Assembly: GCA_044869275.1 (NCBI GenBank) | Contig: JBIOXB010000020.1 | Span: 1 to 34,022, forward strand | Origin: a bacterium | GTDB taxonomy: Bacteria; Zhuqueibacterota; Zhuqueibacteria; Zhuqueibacterales; Zhuqueibacteraceae | Direction of reading: 5' to 3' | Length of the DNA stretch: 34,022 nt | Shown here: piece by piece, positions 28,166-34,022 of the stretch | Numbering within the stretch: position 1 is the first letter of the stretch | Layout: each line of letters begins with the position of its first letter | Program-made: the position numbers and the translations under genes | The notes under the pieces: generated by a model | What the model was told of the DNA's origin: nothing | The model's input: the letters and a program-made list of their open reading frames with translations, nothing else | Databases searched by the model: none

Positions 28166-28981
28166 ATGGAAAACGGCTCTTTTCTCACGCAGGAATCCAA
28201 ACTGGACAAAGTGCGGCATGCGCTCGGGATCGTGCTCACTCATCGCTTGACGCATTTGCTCGGCATGGCGGCGGCGTTCTTGCTGGCCGGCTTTCTGATC
28301 ATGGATTGGATCTTGATGCCGTTGTACACGCGGCACAACGAGGAATACGAAATGCCGAATATCACCAAGATGCGCTTTGAAGACGCGCTGCAGCCGCTGG
28401 AGGAAGGCGACTTCGTTTTGATCAAAGAAGAAGAGCGTTACAGCGATCAACTGCCGTCCGGCTACGTGATCGAACAAAGTCCATTGCCGCACACCAAGGT
28501 CAAGAGTGGCCGCCGGGTGTACGTGGTGGTGAGCCGCGGTGAACGGCGCGTGCTCATGCCCAGCGTGATGGAGCGGTCGAAGCGCGACGCCGAATTGATA
28601 TTGTCGGGCCAGCGTCTGGTCCTGGGTGAGGTCGTCTATCAATACTCCGGCATGCACCCGGACGGCGTGGTGATCGGCCAGTCGGTTCCGCCGAACGCGG
28701 AAGTGGCGGTCAATACGCGCGTGAACCTGGTTGTGAGCATGGGTGCCGAACCGTCGATTTTCATCGTGCCGGCGGTGGAAGGGCGCACGTTCAGCGACGC
28801 ACTACAGCACCTCAAGCGGGCCGGCCTGCAGATCGGCGAGATCACTTACACCGTGGCGCCGGCGTTATTGCCGGAAACCGTGATTCATCAGTCCATTCCC
28901 GCCAATACGCAAGTGGAGAAAGGCGCAGCGATCGACCTGGAGATCAGCCGTTTGTCCAGCGAGGAGAACGGCAATCCGTAA
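28166..28981 (+). CDS. Membrane-anchored protein with three PASTA domains and no kinase
   Basis: One TM helix, then three repeats (MPNIT..GYVIEQSP..VVVSRG; MPSVM..GVVIGQS..LVVSMG; VPAVEG..TVIHQS..LEIS). Confidence 0.88.
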   Translation: MENGSFLTQESKLDKVRHALGIVLTHRLTHLLGMAAAFLLAGFLIMDWILMPLYTRHNEEYEMPNITKMRFEDALQPLEEGDFVLIKEEERYSDQLPSGYVIEQSPLPHTKVKSGRRVYVVVSRGERRVLMPSVMERSKRDAELILSGQRLVLGEVVYQYSGMHPDGVVIGQSVPPNAEVAVNTRVNLVVSMGAEPSIFIVPAVEGRTFSDALQHLKRAGLQIGEITYTVAPALLPETVIHQSIPANTQVEKGAAIDLEISRLSSEENGNP

Positions 28982-28996
28982 CGCTTGAAATCCGTC

Positions 28997-29025
28997 TTGA
29001 CAAAGAACACAAAACTGCATATTAT
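28997..29025 (+). promoter_or_regulatory. Sigma-70-type promoter for the hypothetical-xerD-mutase-birA operon
   Basis: TTGACA-17 bp-TATTAT, near consensus. Confidence 0.75.
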
Positions 29026-29107
29026 TTTGCGCGGCTCCTTAGCTTGACGATGTCGCATTTGGAATCATAACCTCACCCAACACGGAAATTGAACGAGGCC
29101 GCCCTTG

Positions 29108-29590
29108 ATGCTTGATGCCAGTGCCGTGCAAAAAATCGCCGAGGCGTTGCAAGTGGAAGTCAAGCAGCGCGGTAATCATTACCGCATGGTGCTCGATCAC
29201 GCGGAATCCGGGCGGCGCTTGTCATTGGAAATCTATCTCGATATCCCGATCGGCAAGAAAAAAGGCAATCTGATTTCGGTGTTCACTCCCTCCTCGCATC
29301 TCCAGCTCCATTTTTGCAGCGGGTTTGTCGTGAGCCACGCGCTGGGCGAGGTGACGTTTGTGGCGATAAACAAAGGCAAGCTCTGCGGCCTCATCATTGA
29401 AAAGGAGGCCGGTTGTTCGTTGTTTGCCAACGTTGACACCGGCGTGCTTTCGGGCGATTTTACCGCGCTCGGGCCGGAAATCATGCTTTCGGGCATCGCG
29501 CTTTCGCTGACCGAGGGCATGCTGCCCAAATCAAAAGGGAAACCGGCAAAGAAAACTGCTCAGAAATCCCGGGGCCGGCGTTCCCGCTGA
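29108..29590 (+). CDS. Hypothetical cytoplasmic protein with a basic C-terminal tail
   Basis: Fills the gap between the promoter and xerD. GAGG RBS. Globular beta-rich pattern, tail KSKGKPAKKTAQKSRGRRSR. Confidence 0.8.
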   Translation: MLDASAVQKIAEALQVEVKQRGNHYRMVLDHAESGRRLSLEIYLDIPIGKKKGNLISVFTPSSHLQLHFCSGFVVSHALGEVTFVAINKGKLCGLIIEKEAGCSLFANVDTGVLSGDFTALGPEIMLSGIALSLTEGMLPKSKGKPAKKTAQKSRGRRSR

Positions 29591-29600
29591 GGGCGCGACC

Positions 29601-30515
29601 ATGCAAGACTATCTCACCGAATTCCTCGATTATTTGCAAGCCGAAAAAAATGCTGCCCGCAATACCATCGCTTCCTACCGCTTCGATCTGGAACGTTACT
29701 TGAGTTTTCTCGCGCACCGCGGGATTGAAGCGTTGCCACGCACCGCGCCGCAAGACATTCGCGCATTTTTGGTGGAATTGTCCAGCATGGGCTATGCGAC
29801 CAGCAGCATCGGCCGCCAGCTCGCCGCGATTCGAATGTTCCATCGTTATCTTGCGGGCGAAAAATATTGCGAGTCTGATCCGTCCGCCCACATTAGCCTC
29901 CCCCGCCAAAGCCAGAAACTGCCGCAGGTTTTGGATATTGCTGAAATCGAATGCGTGCTCGAACGGCCGGACACGACCACGGCATTGGGTATGCGCGATC
30001 GTGCGCTGCTGGAGTTTTTGTACGCCACTGGCGCGCGCGTTTCCGAAGCCATAATATTGAGCTTGAGCGATTTGTTCCTACGGCAAAGCTTCGTGCGCAT
30101 ATTTGGCAAAGGCAGCAAAGAACGGCTCGTGCCGATCGGCGGCATTGCCATTGAGTGGCTGAATCGCTATCTTGCGCAAGTTCGACCCGCACTGGCCCGG
30201 GGCCGGCGCACCCAGGAAAAGGTATTTTTGAACCGCCGCGGCGGCATGCTTTCGCGCATGGGCGTTTGGAAAATTTTGCGCCGTTATTTGGCGGAGGCGG
30301 AGATTTCCAAGCCCGCCTCACCGCACACGCTGCGCCATTCTTTTGCCACGCATTTGCTGGAAGGGGGTGCGGATTTGCGCGCGGTGCAAGAAATGCTCGG
30401 CCACGCCAGTCTGGCCACGACACAGATTTATACGCATCTCGATCGCGCCTATTTGAAGGAAGTGCATAGGCAATTTCATCCGCGCGAAAGCGGCTTTCGC
30501 GTGCATTCGTCTTAA
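29601..30515 (+). CDS. xerD: Tyrosine recombinase XerD
   Basis: LYATGARVSE, GKGSKERLVP, HTLRHSFATHLLEGGADLRAVQEMLGH, TTQIYTHL and FHPR. Confidence 0.92.
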   Translation: MQDYLTEFLDYLQAEKNAARNTIASYRFDLERYLSFLAHRGIEALPRTAPQDIRAFLVELSSMGYATSSIGRQLAAIRMFHRYLAGEKYCESDPSAHISLPRQSQKLPQVLDIAEIECVLERPDTTTALGMRDRALLEFLYATGARVSEAIILSLSDLFLRQSFVRIFGKGSKERLVPIGGIAIEWLNRYLAQVRPALARGRRTQEKVFLNRRGGMLSRMGVWKILRRYLAEAEISKPASPHTLRHSFATHLLEGGADLRAVQEMLGHASLATTQIYTHLDRAYLKEVHRQFHPRESGFRVHSS

Positions 30516-30540
30516 TTCATGACTTTCTTGCGGTGATGGC

Positions 30541-32112
30541 ATGATGAAAACCGATGCCGGCATCGAAATCAAACCGTTCTATACCGTGGACGATTTGCCC
30601 GTGCCGCAAAGCGTATGCGAGCAGCCCGGTGACTATCCTTTCACGCGCGGAATTTTTGCCGATATGTATCGTTCGAAATTGTGGACGATGCGGCAATACG
30701 GCGGCTACGCTTCGGCGGAGGAATCCAACGCGCGTTTTCGCTACCTCATTGCGCAAGGGCAAACCGGCCTGTCCGTGGCGTTTGATTTGCCCACGCAAAT
30801 GGGTTATGATTCCGATCATCCACGGGCACAGGGCGAGGTCGGGAAAGTCGGCGTGGCGATTTGCAGCCTCGACGATATGGCGCGGTTGTTTGAAGGCATT
30901 CCGCTGCAATCCGTAACCACCTCGATGACCATCAACGCGACGGCGGCCGTTCTTTTGGCCATGTACCTGGCGCTGGCGAAACGGCAAAACCTTCCTTGCA
31001 GTGCCATTGGCGGCACGGTGCAGAACGATATTCTGAAAGAGTACATCGCACGCGCCACGTACATTTTTCCGCCGCGGCCTTCGCTGCGCCTGGTAACGGA
31101 TATATTCGAATATTGCTCGCAACACGTGCCCAAGTGGAACACCATTTCGATTAGCGGCTATCACATTCGTGAAGCCGGAGCGGATGCCGTGCAGGAAGTG
31201 GCGTTCACACTTGCCAATGCGGTCGAATACGTGCGGCAAGCGCTGCAACGCGGCTTGGATATCGACGTCTTCGGTCCGCGCCTCTCATTTTTTTTCAACA
31301 GCCACAATAACTTTTTTGAAGAAGTGGCGAAGTTCCGCGCGGCGCGGTGCCTGTGGGCGAAAATCGTCAAAGAAAAATTCGCCGCCACCAACCCCAAAGC
31401 CATGATGTTGCGTTTTCACGCGCAAACCGCCGGCAGTACGCTCACGGCGCAGCAGCCTGATAACAACGTCGCGCGCGTGGCATTGCAGGCGCTGGCGGCG
31501 GTGCTTGGCGGGGCGCAATCGTTGCACACCAATTCGCGCGATGAGGCGATGGCGCTGCCGACGGAAGAAGCGGTGAGCGTCGCTTTGCGCACGCAGCAAA
31601 TCATTGCTTATGAAAGCGGTGTGGCGGCTGCCGCCGACCCGCTGGGCGGAAGTTTTTTGGTGGAAAAACTGACCGCGGAAATCGCGCAGCGCGCACAAGC
31701 TTACCTCGATCGCATTGAAAACCTGGGCGGCGCGATTGCGGCGATCGAGTCGGGCTTTTTCCAAGATGAAATCAGCCGGCGCGCGTATGAATATCAGCAA
31801 GCCATCGAGCGCGGGGAAAAAATCATCGTCGGGGTCAACAAGTTTCAAATGGAAGAAAAGCAAAACCCTCGTTTGCTTCGGGTCGATCCCGAAGTCGGCC
31901 ACACCCAGGCCCGCCGCCTGCAGGCGTTGCGCACACGCCGCGACAACGACAAAGCCAGCGCGCTGCGGCAAAGGCTCGAACAAGCGGCCAGAGGGGCTGA
32001 AAATCTCATGCCGCATATCCTGGCGTGCGTCGAGCATGACGTCACACTGGGTGAAATCTCGGATTCGCTGCGCGAGGTGTTTGGCAAATACGAAGGGCCA
32101 AAAACAATTTGA
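30541..32112 (+). CDS. Methylmalonyl-CoA mutase, substrate-binding large subunit (no B12-binding domain)
   Basis: [62 protein letters not shown]. Ends at TLGEIS..LREVFG with no DxHxxG domain. Confidence 0.93.
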   Translation: MMKTDAGIEIKPFYTVDDLPVPQSVCEQPGDYPFTRGIFADMYRSKLWTMRQYGGYASAEESNARFRYLIAQGQTGLSVAFDLPTQMGYDSDHPRAQGEVGKVGVAICSLDDMARLFEGIPLQSVTTSMTINATAAVLLAMYLALAKRQNLPCSAIGGTVQNDILKEYIARATYIFPPRPSLRLVTDIFEYCSQHVPKWNTISISGYHIREAGADAVQEVAFTLANAVEYVRQALQRGLDIDVFGPRLSFFFNSHNNFFEEVAKFRAARCLWAKIVKEKFAATNPKAMMLRFHAQTAGSTLTAQQPDNNVARVALQALAAVLGGAQSLHTNSRDEAMALPTEEAVSVALRTQQIIAYESGVAAAADPLGGSFLVEKLTAEIAQRAQAYLDRIENLGGAIAAIESGFFQDEISRRAYEYQQAIERGEKIIVGVNKFQMEEKQNPRLLRVDPEVGHTQARRLQALRTRRDNDKASALRQRLEQAARGAENLMPHILACVEHDVTLGEISDSLREVFGKYEGPKTI

Positions 32113-32942
32113 GCCACCGCACGGAAAAAAGCTTTTGGGAGCCGGAGGAAATGCAAGCACTGCTGCGCACCCGCATGCTGGGCAAGAATCTGATCGTCTT
32201 CAATCGCATTGGCTCCACGAATGAGTTTCTCAAGCGCCTGGGGCGCCGCCGCGCGATTGCAGGAACCACCGTCATCGCGGACGAACAAACCGCCGGCCGC
32301 GGGCGTCTGGGACGGCGCTGGCATTCGCCGCCGGGAAAGGGTTTGTGGTTCTCTTTTCTGTTGCGCCCGCAAATGCAAACGGAAAAAGGTGGATTGATTT
32401 CGCTGGCGATCGCTGCGGTGATCGCGGAGACGGTTTCGCAGATCTGCAATTTGGAATGCACCGTGAAGTGGCCGAACGATATTCTAATTTCGGAAAAGAA
32501 AGCGTGCGGGATTCTCTGCGAAACACAGCTCTCGCCGGCCGGTATCGAAAGCGTGATCGCTGGGGTGGGGTTGAACGTGAATCAGCGCTATGATGATTTT
32601 TCGCCAGATTGGCGCGCGCACGCCACTTCATTGTTTTTGGCCAGCGGAAGCATGTGGGACCGCCAAACGCTTTTTGTGAAACTGCTTACCGCGTTGGAGC
32701 AAGAGTTATTTGGTGATTTTCAGGAAAACCTGCCGTATTTGCTGGAAAAATGGTGCAGCCGGTGCCCCGCCCTTGGCCATACGGTCACGGTTGTTCCCGC
32801 ACCGTTGGGCCGGCGCCAAAATGAGGAAGCCATGACCACGGGAGTCTTTGCAGGCCTGGGCGAGAATGGGGAGCTGATCTTGCGCATGTCTGCCGGCGAT
32901 CTGCGCTTCTTTTCCGCAGGCGAGATCACGTTGCCAAAATGA
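32109..32942 (+). CDS. birA: Biotin-[acetyl-CoA-carboxylase] ligase, monofunctional type without N-terminal HTH
   Basis: [35 protein letters not shown]. Start is TTG 32109 (overlapping the mutase stop) or ATG 32151. Confidence 0.93.
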   Translation: MSHRTEKSFWEPEEMQALLRTRMLGKNLIVFNRIGSTNEFLKRLGRRRAIAGTTVIADEQTAGRGRLGRRWHSPPGKGLWFSFLLRPQMQTEKGGLISLAIAAVIAETVSQICNLECTVKWPNDILISEKKACGILCETQLSPAGIESVIAGVGLNVNQRYDDFSPDWRAHATSLFLASGSMWDRQTLFVKLLTALEQELFGDFQENLPYLLEKWCSRCPALGHTVTVVPAPLGRRQNEEAMTTGVFAGLGENGELILRMSAGDLRFFSAGEITLPK

Positions 32943-32974
32943 CGCTGGAAACACGCTGCATGAGGTTCGTACGC

Positions 32975-33050
32975 TTACTCGTGCTCCTGCTCTTACTCGC
33001 TTTTAGGAACCCTCAAAAGCAAGCAAGAGCAATAGTAGCAGTAAGAGCAA
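32975..33050. repeat. Palindromic element of tandem 6-nt units
   Basis: ttactc gtgctc ctgctc ttactc gcttttagg-aac-cctcaaaagc aagcaa gagcaa tagtag cagtaa gagcaa. Confidence 0.8.
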
Positions 33051-33108
33051 TAAAGCCGCATGAACGGATCAGGCGTGGAATTTGTTCATTGTACTTTGTG
33101 AGGCAGCT

Positions 33109-33879
33109 ATGCTTCTCGTTGCAGACATCGGCAACACCAATATCACCATCGGGCTTTTGGAGAAGCGCAACTTGAAAGCGAGTTGGCGCTTGAACAGCCG
33201 CATCATGCGCACGGAAGACGAGATTTGGATTTTGTTGAAAATGCTGCTGGAGTCGGAAGGATTTTCCTGGGCACACGTTGGCGGCTTTGCGCTGGGTTCC
33301 GTCGTGCCCAGCCTGACGCCGGTTTTCGAGCGCGTGGTAAAAAATCGTCTGCACGTGCCTTATGTGAACGTGACGCACAACCTGCAAACGGGCATCAAGA
33401 TTTTATACGCCAATCCGCAGCAGGTCGGTGCCGATCGTTTGTGCAATGCGGTTGCGGGATTCGAGCGTTTCGGCGGGCCATTGGTGATCGTCGATCTCGG
33501 CACCGCCACGACTTTTGATTGTATTTCGGCGAAAGCAGAGTACCTCGGGGGCATTATCGCGCCGGGGCCGGAAACTACCGCGACCATTTTGCATCAAGCC
33601 GCCGCCCGCCTTCCCAAAGTGGAACTGCAATTCCCGCCTTCGATCATCGGTCGCACTACCGAAACCAGCATTCAATCCGGCTTGATGTTCGGAGGCGTGG
33701 AAATTGTTGACGGATTGAATCGCCGCTTGCAACAGGAAATGGGAGAGAACACGAGAATCATTGCCACCGGCGGGCTGGCGAGTGTTTTGATGCCACATCT
33801 CAAAACCGTCGAGCGCGTGGAGCCGAATCTCACGCTGGAAGGATTGGGCATCATTTTTGAGCGTTGCGCGACAGCATGA
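33109..33879 (+). CDS. coaX: Type III pantothenate kinase
   Basis: MLLVADIGNTN, GSVVP, VGADR, VDLGTATT, GGIIAPG, ATGG and LTLEGL. Confidence 0.95.
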   Translation: MLLVADIGNTNITIGLLEKRNLKASWRLNSRIMRTEDEIWILLKMLLESEGFSWAHVGGFALGSVVPSLTPVFERVVKNRLHVPYVNVTHNLQTGIKILYANPQQVGADRLCNAVAGFERFGGPLVIVDLGTATTFDCISAKAEYLGGIIAPGPETTATILHQAAARLPKVELQFPPSIIGRTTETSIQSGLMFGGVEIVDGLNRRLQQEMGENTRIIATGGLASVLMPHLKTVERVEPNLTLEGLGIIFERCATA

Positions 33880-34022
33880 CAAGCAATCCCCATCGACACT
33901 GCATTCTGATCGCTGATCACCGCACACAGACTTCACTTCTGGCACTCATCCTCGCCCAACGACCGTCCCGGCACCAGCGTGCACAAATCCGGATGTGGCA
34001 TGCCTTGCAAACAATAAAGCTG

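Noticed and set aside
29601..30515. Tyrosine recombinase as a prophage or island integrase
   Set aside because: The sequence is typical XerD in a housekeeping operon, with no att repeats, tRNA target or cargo genes.
32939..33175. 78-aa ORF with an apparent signal peptide
   Set aside because: The hydrophobic run is the translation of the hexamer repeat, and the ORF overlaps coaX out of frame.
33876..34022. ORF starting at the ATGA overlap with the coaX stop and running off the right edge
   Set aside because: Under 50 codons are visible with no recognisable motif, and it overlaps a weak repeat, so it cannot be supported from this window.

Overview
A GC-rich bacterial chromosomal window that is mostly housekeeping and cell-envelope genes. 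Gene order and a FlgD/T9SS-type C-terminal sorting domain suggest an FCB-related lineage such as KSB1/Calditrichota/Ignavibacteria (inference). Left to right: a membrane-anchored sigma-54 activator that runs off the left edge and is absent from the ORF track, a pseudo-receiver/RsbW-like kinase, a PpiD/SurA-like chaperone, uvrB, purD, an NDP-sugar epimerase, a sensor-less sigma-54 activator, an LptE-like lipoprotein, a processive GT2, a TPR protein, a Xaa-Pro peptidase, a second GT2, a large secreted S8 protease, coaE, a small 4-Cys orphan, DUF1848, a CDP-alcohol phosphatidyltransferase, a membrane protein, TraB/GumN, a parvulin lipoprotein, rsmB, a PASTA protein, a hypothetical protein, xerD, a methylmalonyl-CoA mutase large subunit, birA and coaX. 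I found no rRNA, canonical tRNA, CRISPR array, transposase or prophage. The most interesting observations are: (1) a perfect 77-nt four-way-junction cloverleaf in the leader of the membrane-anchored sigma-54 activator; (2) that activator's architecture, an HTCS-type sensor fused to AAA+, with an apparent large in-frame deletion of the propeller; (3) several intergenic palindromes built from tandem 6-, 7- or 10-nt units, plus an apparent half-element inside the lptE signal peptide; (4) a nested-palindrome in-frame insertion inside a GT2 gene; (5) an orphan 4-Cys protein divergent from a DUF1848-lipid-enzyme cluster.
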